IMG/VR virus record: IMGVR_UViG_3300010347_001950
Origin: an uncultured virus (IMG/VR IMGVR_UViG_3300010347_001950)
Taxonomy: Duplodnaviria > Heunggongvirae > Uroviricota > Caudoviricetes
Length of the DNA: 64,000 nt
Direction: 5' to 3' (one strand)
Positions 29,609 to 39,186 of the stretch are shown piece after piece (the first letter of the stretch is position 1; each line of letters begins with the position of its first letter). The notes under the pieces were generated by a model. The model was given only the letters and a program-made list of their open reading frames with translations. It did no database searches and was not told the origin of the DNA. The position numbers and the translations under genes are program-made.

Positions 29609-31008
29609 TGGCCATCTGTAACGCCGTCAAGAGTGGCAACTGGAGCGACCCTACCGTTTGGGACGTTGTTCCCCAGTCCGGCGATACCGTCCGGTGCGGC
29701 AACTATGTTGTAACGATCGATGTTGACGTGGACATTGGCACCGGTACGCTCCAGCGCAACGGCTCGGGGCAGTTTCGAGTCACTGCCGCGCCGAGAACCA
29801 TCACCGCCAGTGCACAGTCAGTGCCCGGATCCTCCACGGACTATAGCGGAGCTTTGAGACTCCAGCATTCGACCGGGCTCGTTACACTGAACGGCGACGC
29901 GCTCGGTAGTAATGTCAGCAACGCCGCGGGCGTCTCGCTTGAGAGCTCCGGTCAGCTAATCATAAACGGCTCTGCAATCGGAGGATCGGCGGGCGCCGCA
30001 CGTGGTGTTTGCGTTTCGGGCACTGGTACTCTTACCGTCACCAACGCCACGGGCGGGTCGGCGGGCGGCGCGTACGGCGTCTACGTCAACGCCAACGCTA
30101 CCGTCTACGTCACCAACGCCACGGGCGGCTCGGTGGGCAATGCGCATGGCGTCTACGTCAACGCCAACGCTACCGTCTACGTCACCAAAGCCACGGGCGG
30201 CTCGGTGAGCGACGCGCACGGCGTCTACGTCCGTCTTAACGCTACCGTCTACGTCACCAACGCCACGGGCGGCTCGGTGTACGGCGCGTACGGCGTCTAC
30301 GTCACCGCCGCCTGCACGCTCAACGTCACCAACGCCACGGGCGGGTCGGCGGGCGGCGCGCATAGCGTCTACGTCAACGCCGCTTGCAATGCCACGGTGC
30401 AGACGGCAACCGGCGGGTTAGGTGGATATGGCGTCTATGCCGCCGCCAATGGTTGTACCGTCTACGATGCCTATCCGAACGCCTTCGGCAATGGCTCTGT
30501 GACGACATACGGGGCGGGTGTGGGCTCCGCGCATAACGCCTACGTCAAAGTCCGGCGCGCCCACTGCAACCAGTACGGTGCGTGGCCCATCGCGGGACGC
30601 GCGTACGTGGATGAGACCATCTACCCCAGCTACACCGTGCAGGTGTACGACAAGGACGGGCAGTCGCACACGATGATTGAGCCCAACGGGTCCGCAGACT
30701 ACCCCGCCCCCGCGGATGTCCGCTATGGCGTCGCTTATGACAACGGGGACTTTGTCGGCACCTGCCACGTCCCGTTGCCAGAACAGGTCGCGTACGGCGT
30801 GCCAGTAGACGACACGGTTGGCACGGCGGTGCTTACTCAATCAACGACAGAAAATGCAGTTTGGGATGCTCCGCGTGCAGCACATACTACGCCAGGAACT
30901 TTTGGAGATGTTAGCGAATGGTCTGGGGTTGGTGGTGGAGCCGTTGCTGGAAGCGGAGATAATTGTACAGAAACTCCTCCAGGTGCAGTAATACGTACAC
31001 CGTTATAA
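29608..31008 (+). CDS. Tail-fibre/adhesin-like repeat protein, mostly high-GC
   Basis: SGNWSDPTVW head, 24-aa Gly/Ala/Val repeats and a PAPADVRYGVAY...GT motif. Confidence 0.75.
   Translation: MAICNAVKSGNWSDPTVWDVVPQSGDTVRCGNYVVTIDVDVDIGTGTLQRNGSGQFRVTAAPRTITASAQSVPGSSTDYSGALRLQHSTGLVTLNGDALGSNVSNAAGVSLESSGQLIINGSAIGGSAGAARGVCVSGTGTLTVTNATGGSAGGAYGVYVNANATVYVTNATGGSVGNAHGVYVNANATVYVTKATGGSVSDAHGVYVRLNATVYVTNATGGSVYGAYGVYVTAACTLNVTNATGGSAGGAHSVYVNAACNATVQTATGGLGGYGVYAAANGCTVYDAYPNAFGNGSVTTYGAGVGSAHNAYVKVRRAHCNQYGAWPIAGRAYVDETIYPSYTVQVYDKDGQSHTMIEPNGSADYPAPADVRYGVAYDNGDFVGTCHVPLPEQVAYGVPVDDTVGTAVLTQSTTENAVWDAPRAAHTTPGTFGDVSEWSGVGGGAVAGSGDNCTETPPGAVIRTPL
30037..30396 (+). repeat. Five tandem 72-bp coding repeats
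   Basis: Units start GTCACCAA at 30037, 30109, 30181, 30253 and 30325. Consensus VTNATGGS.GGA.GVYVNANATVY. Confidence 0.95.
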
Positions 31009-31139
31009 TTGGTTATATATACTTCTCCTATAAGCAGAATGAATATTCAAAATTAATATTTTAATTCCTAAGTATTGAAAAAAATAAATTTGTGCGAATG
31101 AAATGACGGATATATTAAATTTACGATAAAACACTATTT

Positions 31140-31959
31140 ATCCCACTAACTTTAGTTGTAGTATGAGTGCCGAAATGCTTTTTCGAAAAAATATTTTCAA
31201 ATAGTAAAATTATATAGATGAATGTTGTATAATATAATTATTAACAAAGAGTTCTGGGAATACAATAACACAATAATATATAATATGTTTTATCATATAA
31301 TCTTCTACCTTAAATATAGAAGAATGGTAAGATAGAAACAAAGCTAAAATAATTGCTTTTAGAAAAGATAAGTTAGAAATAATGTCTTGCTTGCTTATCA
31401 GGGCGAATCCTGCTATTTTGCTTCTTTTGATGGTTCAACAACCCAAAGGGTATATTTTCCATATATTAAGATATTCTACGAAGCATACTTCCTTCTTTGT
31501 GTGCAATAAGTTATTACTTATTATACAGAAATGATTAGATATATATCTGAAGATACAATTAAGCAGCATATAGAATGCCGAAAAGATATTGTATTAACAT
31601 TCACGCTCATACGATCAAAATATACAGTAAATGTGTATATATAAACAATAGGAGTGGAAAGAAATTCAAATGTTTACATTGTGGATATACTTCACATGCG
31701 GAATTTAATATAAGTGGGTGGGAAGTTGAGTGGGAATGCCAAAGGATACTATAAAATCCATAAAGCAGTTTGAATATTCTTATATGAGAAAAACATACAG
31801 AAAAATCCTGCGATTATACAAAGAAAAAGATTTGTATAATCGCAAAACTGACAATCACCAAGCGTCTATGTGTTCTATAATGTAACCACAAATCCTAAAT
31901 CTTAACTGAACAAAAGAGAGAATTCGGACACTACGAATTTTAACCACTTGAGGATGTCA
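31140..31959 (+). mobile_element. Decayed IS200/IS605 remnant(s)
   Basis: Left-end-like ATCCCACTAACTTTAGTTGTAGTATGAGTGCCG; TnpB Zn-ribbon remnant KCVYINNRSGKKFKCLHCGYTSHAEFN; right-end-like GAGGATGTCA. Confidence 0.65.
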
Positions 31960-32029
31960 GTATGCCCAAAGACGAAACATCATTTCGTAGTATAAAGTGT
32001 GGGAACACTATTTGTTGTACAATAAATAG

Positions 32030-32587
32030 TTGGCAAAGGAAAAGAAAGCAAATATGAATCAGAATATTTCATCATTTATTGAAATAAATAAGCTTATATG
32101 TGGAAATAACAATCAGTGCGCAGTACAGCTATTTAAGTCGTCAACGCCAACAATAAACAATATTATTGTTGTAGATAAACTCGATTGCATTAAGTGTGTT
32201 GATCCCATATGTGTATTTTTTAATAATAACAAAATAAACGCAGACGTGGATTTGATCTATACGACGAAAGATGACGCGCTTTCTGCTAGAATTATGTTAC
32301 CAAAAGAGATACATATAGATAAAAATATGTCTTATTATGCTGTTCCAAATATTGTCCCATCCAAGATTGGTTGTCCTGTATGTGGCAATTATTATTATAA
32401 CGGTCAATCAAAGTGTGATTGTATACAATATGCACCAAATATTTATGCGGCAGATATCATTGTAAAAAGCATTGATATATTTGATGCTATATTGTATGAA
32501 GATTTTGTGGATTTTAAAACAGAATTATTATCTGATTTTTTTGGTGGTGCTGTATCAAAGTTAACGTTGTTGGAGCCGCTAATATGA
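32030..32587 (+). CDS. Hypothetical Cys-rich protein
   Basis: Contains CPVCG...CDC; ATGA overlap with the next gene. Confidence 0.6.
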   Translation: MAKEKKANMNQNISSFIEINKLICGNNNQCAVQLFKSSTPTINNIIVVDKLDCIKCVDPICVFFNNNKINADVDLIYTTKDDALSARIMLPKEIHIDKNMSYYAVPNIVPSKIGCPVCGNYYYNGQSKCDCIQYAPNIYAADIIVKSIDIFDAILYEDFVDFKTELLSDFFGGAVSKLTLLEPLI

Positions 32588-33867
32588 AAACAATAAAAAG
32601 AATAACTCTAAAAAATTTTCAAAATCATAAAAATACTGTGGTTGATTTTAGTGATGGTATTAATATAATTGTTGGTTCAAGCGATTCTGGCAAATCTGCT
32701 ATATTACGCGCAATAAATTGGGTAATGCACAATAAACCGACAAGGGTAGATTTTGTTACCAATGGCGAGAAAGAAACATTGGCATGTGTTGAGTTTAACG
32801 ATGGTAATAAAATTACTAGAATTAAAGGTGGTGACAAAAATTCTGTAATTTTAGAAGACCCAGATGGCAATATAAATAAATTTGATAAAATTGGTATTTC
32901 TTTGCCAATAGAAGTTATAAAAGCGCTCGGTTGCCCGCCCATTGATGACAGGCATGGTCCGATTTCTTATTCCGACCAATTGGCTAATTTATATCTTGTT
33001 TCTTTGTCTCCAACTGATTTACCACGTGCCCTGTCCGAGCTTACTGGAATTGATGATTTCGAAGAAGCTATACAGGAGCTTTCTAGGCAAAAACATGAAA
33101 GCGAAAAGGATATTGCCGGATTGCAGAAACACATTGATGGCTTGAATGAACAAATTAGAAACTATGATGATTTGCCAAGACAAATTGAGTTTGTTAATAT
33201 CAATTCAGATATATTTAATGATATAGAAAATTTACAGCAAGTTGTTGGTAAGCTGAATAAACATTATGAACAATATATTTCTATCAACAATAGTGTGTGT
33301 AAATCCGAAGATCAAATTAAAATATTAAGAAAAATTATTAATAATCAGCCATTGTTTGCAGAATCTTTGGCAAATTACAAGCATTTGTTGTCGTTGGTTG
33401 ATATAAAAGATAAGACAAATTATATTACTGGGATGATTGAACGGACTATAAAATTTATTAATATAAACAAAGAAAGAATTACATACTCGCAAGGCGTGGA
33501 TGAATTAAAAGGAATTTGTAATGTTATATCTGGGCTTTCTAATATTAAGCAAGAAGCTAATCAAGCCGAAAATCTAATATTGAAGTTAAATAAAATAGTT
33601 TCTAGTACAAAATCAAAGTTGGCTGTTATTGACCAAAATACATTGCAGAATATAGAATCTGATTTGAATCAAATTTTAACTTTGGAAGAAATAAATCGTA
33701 AATGTAGTATAATGAATACTAGAGCACAACAATTAAAAGTAGCGATAGATGATGCCTCGTTGCTGTATAATGAATCCATTGGCAAAAAAGAAAATATTAT
33801 TAACGAATTAAAATCTATTGGTGAATGGTGCGATAGATGTAAGCGACCAGTCCCATACGGGATATGA
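32584..33867 (+). CDS. SbcC/Rad50-like ATPase, N-terminal half
   Basis: LKNFQNH, Walker A GSSDSGKS and a Q-loop, then a coiled coil ending in the Zn-hook CDRC. No Walker B. Confidence 0.85.
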   Translation: MKTIKRITLKNFQNHKNTVVDFSDGINIIVGSSDSGKSAILRAINWVMHNKPTRVDFVTNGEKETLACVEFNDGNKITRIKGGDKNSVILEDPDGNINKFDKIGISLPIEVIKALGCPPIDDRHGPISYSDQLANLYLVSLSPTDLPRALSELTGIDDFEEAIQELSRQKHESEKDIAGLQKHIDGLNEQIRNYDDLPRQIEFVNINSDIFNDIENLQQVVGKLNKHYEQYISINNSVCKSEDQIKILRKIINNQPLFAESLANYKHLLSLVDIKDKTNYITGMIERTIKFININKERITYSQGVDELKGICNVISGLSNIKQEANQAENLILKLNKIVSSTKSKLAVIDQNTLQNIESDLNQILTLEEINRKCSIMNTRAQQLKVAIDDASLLYNESIGKKENIINELKSIGEWCDRCKRPVPYGI

Positions 33868-34820
33868 AATATATGAATAAAATATTATTTATAGGTGATA
33901 TACATCTTTCTGAAATTGGACCTCAATCACGCAAAGACGATTATATGCAAAGCATTATTGATAAAATCAATGAATGCTTTGAAATATCTAGGCGAAAAAT
34001 GTGTGATGCTGTTATATTTATGGGTGACATATTTGATGTTATGGAACCAAGCGGGAAATGTAGAAATATTATTCTTAAATTATTATTAGAAAATAATGAT
34101 ATTGAGAAATATGTGATTGTTGGTAACCATGACGTAAAAAATCACATTGAAAATGTATATAGATCTGCGCTTGGAACATTGATTTCGGCTGGGGCTTTGT
34201 TGTATACTAATTATATTGATAAACATAAAATACAATTATATGATTATTATGTTGGTATAGAAGACGATATTCGTAATGGTATGTTTGTTAATAATAATAG
34301 CAATTATCCGTTGGTTATTGCAGTACATGCGTCTATTACAGATTCAACAAGACCATATAATCATGTAATATTTAATCAAATTCAATTGCCCAATTCGTGC
34401 AAACTTTTAGTTGGTGGTCATATACACGAAGAAATGCATCAAATCAACGAGAATGGACAATTTTTTATAAATCCAGCTTCTTTATGTAGAAACAAATTAG
34501 ATAATTATAATATACATCGGAATATATATGTACTATATGCAGAATACGATGATATAGACATTAAGACAGAACTAATACAGTTGAAAAAAGTGCGACCGTC
34601 AAATGAAATTTTTGACATAGAATCGAAACAAAGGCACACACAGGCAAAAAATGAGACAAGTCAGTTTATTAAACAGATTTTTTCATATAAATCTATAACC
34701 ACAAATGAAGATAAGTATGAATCGCTTAGGAAATCTGCAAAAATTAAGAACATTGACGAGGATGTAGTAGAACTTGCTATTAGTACACTTATAAATGTTA
34801 ATGATAGGAGAACAAAGTGA
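33864..34820 (+). CDS. sbcD: SbcD/Mre11-like metallophosphoesterase nuclease
   Basis: Motifs GDIH, GDIFD, GNHD, GHIH and NPASL. Confidence 0.85.
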   Translation: MKYMNKILFIGDIHLSEIGPQSRKDDYMQSIIDKINECFEISRRKMCDAVIFMGDIFDVMEPSGKCRNIILKLLLENNDIEKYVIVGNHDVKNHIENVYRSALGTLISAGALLYTNYIDKHKIQLYDYYVGIEDDIRNGMFVNNNSNYPLVIAVHASITDSTRPYNHVIFNQIQLPNSCKLLVGGHIHEEMHQINENGQFFINPASLCRNKLDNYNIHRNIYVLYAEYDDIDIKTELIQLKKVRPSNEIFDIESKQRHTQAKNETSQFIKQIFSYKSITTNEDKYESLRKSAKIKNIDEDVVELAISTLINVNDRRTK

Positions 34821-35080
34821 AAGATAGTGCGGAATATGAAAAAAGACTAAAAGCGCTTGAAGAATGTATACAAAAGGCAAAAGTTGAGCTTGAGTTTAAC
34901 AACAAACAATTGGAAGAGTTAGAGAAACAAAGAACCGAGCTAGAGAATAGATGCAAAAAAGAATTCGGATGTTCTATATCTGAAATAGACAAAATAATTG
35001 CCACTAAAGAAAAAGAGCTAGAGAACAAAATATCTATAATTGAAAATAATCTTAAGAACATAGAGAATGAAAGATATTAA
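34817..35080 (+). CDS. Small coiled-coil protein in the sbcCD cluster
   Basis: 87-aa all-helical ORF overlapping both neighbours. Confidence 0.7.
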   Translation: MKDSAEYEKRLKALEECIQKAKVELEFNNKQLEELEKQRTELENRCKKEFGCSISEIDKIIATKEKELENKISIIENNLKNIENERY

Positions 35081-35765
35081 TTTATTAAAAACAGAGTTTG
35101 ATAAATACAGGCTATACGTAATCCAGCGTAAGGGAGCGTTGGATTCGCTATTGGAATTGCGAAAAAAAGATCAGGAAAAATTAGTTTCATTACAGGAAAA
35201 ACAAATTCTTCAACACAAGGCGTTGTTGTTTTTACAAAGCGAAACTATTGAACGTAGAAAAAATGCACAGAATATTATTGAAAGCCTTGGTACATTTGCT
35301 CTTCAAGCTATATATGATGATAGCTACTATTTAGAACTAGAATCGGGGGACGAAAATTCTGGCAAAAAGAACAGCGATGTGCGCAATCTTAAAATGGAGT
35401 TCTGTGTAAAAAATCAATGCGGAGATAATGATACTCCCATAAGAACTGGGTTAATGGGAGAACGCGGAGGAGGAGTGGTTGAAGTTGTTTCTTTTGCGTT
35501 ACGAATAGCGGCATTAAGTTTGCTTGGATATGATGGTCCGCTCATTGTTGATGAAGCGTATAAAAGTATGAGTAATGACCAAAAATTGAAAAATGTAGCT
35601 TCGTTTCTTAGACAAATAGCAGATGATATTGGTAGGCAGATAATATTTGCCACCCATAAAGATGATATTTTTGGCAGAGTATCTGATAAGATAGTTAGGG
35701 TGGTGAAAAATAAAAGCGGCATTGCCGAAGTGAAGGAAGAATCAATATCAGACTATATCGAATAG
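35067..35765 (+). CDS. SbcC/Rad50-like ATPase, C-terminal half
   Basis: Signature-like ERGGGV, Walker B PLIVDE and H-loop QIIFATH. Confidence 0.85.
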   Translation: MKDINLLKTEFDKYRLYVIQRKGALDSLLELRKKDQEKLVSLQEKQILQHKALLFLQSETIERRKNAQNIIESLGTFALQAIYDDSYYLELESGDENSGKKNSDVRNLKMEFCVKNQCGDNDTPIRTGLMGERGGGVVEVVSFALRIAALSLLGYDGPLIVDEAYKSMSNDQKLKNVASFLRQIADDIGRQIIFATHKDDIFGRVSDKIVRVVKNKSGIAEVKEESISDYIE

Positions 35766-35777
35766 GATAAGCATAAC

Positions 35778-36644
35778 ATGGCGAAGCTTAGTGATGAAGA
35801 ACTGAAACAACTTGTTGAAAGAATTGCCCATAATCAAATTCCAAACAATGGCAAACTGGTAAATCCTTTAGCAAGCAACAATAAGAAAAATATTAAACAA
35901 ATTGTGCTTTCTGATGCTGAAGAATTCCCAGAAGATATCTCTAAATGGAATGTATCGATGTTCGTTGATTATTTTTCGTCCAAGTATAATAAAGAGTTCG
36001 GCGCTTATTATCACAAAACATATAAGCAAGATTCGCTGGTTTTCAAACAAATTATGGATTTTTTTAAAATAAACGCATTGGATTATAAAAAACACACAAA
36101 AGAGTTTGTTGATTGGGCGTTTAATAATAAGAAAGAAATTATACGAACCGAAGGATATTTTACTCCACAAGATATTTTTAGAAAAATCAATATGTATTAT
36201 CAAGACGAAATTCTTCCTAGTATAGAATCAGGAAAAATTGAACGAAGATTTATAGATACTACCTTGATAGAGGAATTAGAAAAAGCAGAAAAAGAAGGCA
36301 AAATTACTGAAATTTTTTGTAGATTTGGTATCCCAATAGGAATTACATATCTTGTGTGTTATGCCAAAAAAATTGACGAAGAAAGATTGGTGATGGCGCT
36401 CAAAGATAGAATTGAATCATTATATAAAAGCGGCGATAAAGGCAGGGCACAGATTATACGTATGTATAAGCAATCCATATCCAGGTCGCCATATCCACTA
36501 AAGTTTAAGTGTTTAAACTGGAGAAGTATTTTTCGTACTGAAGGCTTTAAAGACGAAACATGGTGGAGAGATTATGATTATGGCGGCGTGGTGCCGAGTG
36601 AATATGAAGTAATATTGAATGGAACAACGAAGGGTGGAGAATGA
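35778..36644 (+). CDS. Hypothetical protein (possible replication initiator)
   Basis: 288-aa helical ORF upstream of the AAA/loader/helicase genes. Function is inferred from position only. Confidence 0.6.
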   Translation: MAKLSDEELKQLVERIAHNQIPNNGKLVNPLASNNKKNIKQIVLSDAEEFPEDISKWNVSMFVDYFSSKYNKEFGAYYHKTYKQDSLVFKQIMDFFKINALDYKKHTKEFVDWAFNNKKEIIRTEGYFTPQDIFRKINMYYQDEILPSIESGKIERRFIDTTLIEELEKAEKEGKITEIFCRFGIPIGITYLVCYAKKIDEERLVMALKDRIESLYKSGDKGRAQIIRMYKQSISRSPYPLKFKCLNWRSIFRTEGFKDETWWRDYDYGGVVPSEYEVILNGTTKGGE

Positions 36645-38365
36645 AACAAGATAATATTACGCTTGAAAAATTAGCCCAAAGAGATTTTGATTTACATGTA
36701 AGATCTTCTAGACCAATGATATATATTGTGTCTCATGAGGAACAACGCGTAATCGATAGCATAAGATCAGTGGCTGGTATGCAGAATAGAATGTGGGATG
36801 TGGTCTCGTGGGATATAAACAAAGGTATTGAGATAATATCAAATTTTGAAAATAACAAAATAAATAACGGAATTATGGATCAAATTGGTGTTCTTAAGTG
36901 GTTTGAAGAGCAACCGAGTCCACTTTCCAAAGAACGTGGTATTAGCCAGAAATATTTAATTTTGGTTCTAAAAGATTTCCATGTTTTTATGGGATACAAT
37001 GGCTCTGTTGGTCAAATAGAGGAAGAAGTTATTAGAGCACTATATAATATTGCTGAGCGCAACATTACACAACATAAAGTAATTGTGTTTATATCTCCTG
37101 TATTATATCTACCAACAAGACTAGAGAGGATATGTGCGGTGATTGATTATCCTCTTCCAGAGAGGTATCATATATCAAAATATTTTGATGGGGTTATTGA
37201 TTTAATCAGCGGTAACAAAAGCCTTGACAAATTTAAGAAAGATTATTCTGTTGATGAAAAAGATGCTATTATTAGTGCATGTCAGGGATTAACACAGCAA
37301 GAAATAGAGTTGTTGGTTTCGTACAACATTAATTTGTCTGTTAATGGTGGATTTGATCCTGTATTCATAGCCAGCAAAAAGAGAGATATTATTCGTAAGG
37401 CAGGAATTATCGATTGGGTAGATACTAAATCTGGTCTGGAGTCGGTTGGTGGGCTACACGAATTGAAGTCATGGCTGTTTAAGCGCAAGAGGGCGTTTAC
37501 AGAAGACGCTAAAGAATACGGGCTTGAGAATCCGAAAGGTTTGCTTCTTGTTGGTGTTCAGGGCGCTGGAAAATCACTTTCTGCTACAGCTATTGCTAAA
37601 CATTGGAATCTTCCTCTTTTAAGATTGGATATGGGCAAGATATTCGCCGGAATCGTTGGAAGTTCTGAGGCGAATATTAGACAGGCCATTAAGATTGCCG
37701 AATCTGTATCGCCATGTATATTGTGGATAGATGAAATTGACAAAGGCATGAGTGGGTTTATTTCTTCAAACGCCACGGATGGCGGTACTGCGGCTAGAGT
37801 ATTTGGGTTTATTTTAACATGGATGCAAGAAAAAACATCTCCTGTATATGTTGTTGCTACGGCGAATGATATTTCACAACTACCGCCAGAATTGTTGCGC
37901 AAAGGAAGGTTTGATGAAATATTTTTTGTTGATTTGCCAGACGAGGAAGATAGAAAAGAAATTATTAAGATACATATAGAAAAGCGCAATAGAAATATAT
38001 CTAATTTTAATCTTACGCGTTTGGCCAGGGCATCCGAATTGTTTACTGGTGCCGAGATTGAGGCTGGTATAGTGTCCGCTATGTATGAGGCTTTTAGTAG
38101 GGGGGATGAATTTAATACAAATGATATTATTAATGCATTTGAAGATATGTTCCCGATAGCGAAAACAATGGAGAGGGAAATATCTGCATTAAGGAATTGG
38201 GCAGAACATCGCGCGAGAAATGCATCGTATAAAAATACACGCAGAAAAGATTTTGCGTCAGATAATTATGATTCAAAAATGGCGATTAATACTAATATAC
38301 ATATCATAGACGACGAAAATAATGAGACAAACAATAATCTAGACGAATTAAAAGATGAGCTTTAG
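36641..38365 (+). CDS. Ycf46-like AAA+ ATPase
   Basis: SHEEQRV, LVLKDFH, VGGLHELKSWL, GVQGAGKS, LWIDEIDK and LPPELLRKGRFDEIFFVDLP. Confidence 0.88.
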   Translation: MKQDNITLEKLAQRDFDLHVRSSRPMIYIVSHEEQRVIDSIRSVAGMQNRMWDVVSWDINKGIEIISNFENNKINNGIMDQIGVLKWFEEQPSPLSKERGISQKYLILVLKDFHVFMGYNGSVGQIEEEVIRALYNIAERNITQHKVIVFISPVLYLPTRLERICAVIDYPLPERYHISKYFDGVIDLISGNKSLDKFKKDYSVDEKDAIISACQGLTQQEIELLVSYNINLSVNGGFDPVFIASKKRDIIRKAGIIDWVDTKSGLESVGGLHELKSWLFKRKRAFTEDAKEYGLENPKGLLLVGVQGAGKSLSATAIAKHWNLPLLRLDMGKIFAGIVGSSEANIRQAIKIAESVSPCILWIDEIDKGMSGFISSNATDGGTAARVFGFILTWMQEKTSPVYVVATANDISQLPPELLRKGRFDEIFFVDLPDEEDRKEIIKIHIEKRNRNISNFNLTRLARASELFTGAEIEAGIVSAMYEAFSRGDEFNTNDIINAFEDMFPIAKTMEREISALRNWAEHRARNASYKNTRRKDFASDNYDSKMAINTNIHIIDDENNETNNNLDELKDEL

Positions 38366-38378
38366 GAATATATAAACT

Positions 38379-39176
38379 ATGGCCGAAGCCGAAGATATTA
38401 TAGAACGACTAATACATCTCGAAGATGTAATTTATGATGGAAATGTTTGTTCCATGTGTGGCGGGAAAGGATTTTTGTTAGACGAAAATCACAAAGCCAT
38501 CGAGTGCCAATGTCAGAAATCAAAATTATTACAGAAATTATACAAAGAAGCTTCTATACCAGTCATGTATTTTGGTATGACAATAGTAGATAATTGGGAT
38601 AGAAATCTAGATGCTTTTGGTATGGAGCTTGGTGCACGTAAAGAAGATAAAATTAGAATAGGAGAATTTATTAATAGATATATTAAAATTTTACCAGCAC
38701 TAAGCGATGGTAAAAAAGCCGTTATTGTTAATAAAAAACAAAACAAGAAATTGTTTTTTAATTCTTTGTTGCTTGTTGGAGGGCAACATAGCGGCAAAAC
38801 TATGATTGTTTCAATATTGTGCCAGGAAATGATTAATAGAGCAAAAACAGCAAAATATTATGAATGGCACAACCTGTCATCTATTTTGGCCGAATTTAGA
38901 AATTCAGATTCTGTAGACGAAGTGGTAGATGATTTCAGGAGCAGAGATTTAATAGCCATAGACGGCGTTATGCCATACGATTTGGATTCCCAATCATTTT
39001 TGTTTAATTTAAATAGAATAAGTTCAACAAGGTTGCAATCAGGCAAACCAATTGTAATAACTTGTTCTCCAGAATATACAGAACGTTCGTTCAAAACACA
39101 GATTCAAAATCCAGAAAAATCAGCCACTGTGTGGAATCAACTTCTAGAAGACTGTCTTACAATACATTTGCCATAA
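38379..39176 (+). CDS. DnaC/DnaI/IstB-like helicase loader
   Basis: N-terminal Zn motif CSMC...CQC, Walker A GGQHSGKT, DLIAID and PIVIT; adjacent to dnaB. Confidence 0.7.
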   Translation: MAEAEDIIERLIHLEDVIYDGNVCSMCGGKGFLLDENHKAIECQCQKSKLLQKLYKEASIPVMYFGMTIVDNWDRNLDAFGMELGARKEDKIRIGEFINRYIKILPALSDGKKAVIVNKKQNKKLFFNSLLLVGGQHSGKTMIVSILCQEMINRAKTAKYYEWHNLSSILAEFRNSDSVDEVVDDFRSRDLIAIDGVMPYDLDSQSFLFNLNRISSTRLQSGKPIVITCSPEYTERSFKTQIQNPEKSATVWNQLLEDCLTIHLP

Positions 39177-39186
39177 GGATATATAG

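Noticed and set aside
30037..30396. CRISPR array or complete DGR
   Set aside because: The repeats are contiguous in-frame coding units with no unique spacers. No cas gene, RT or template repeat is in the window.
29956..30840. Alternative-frame and antisense ORFs in the GC-rich island
   Set aside because: They are expected by-products of high GC and repeats. Codon bias supports only the 29608 frame.
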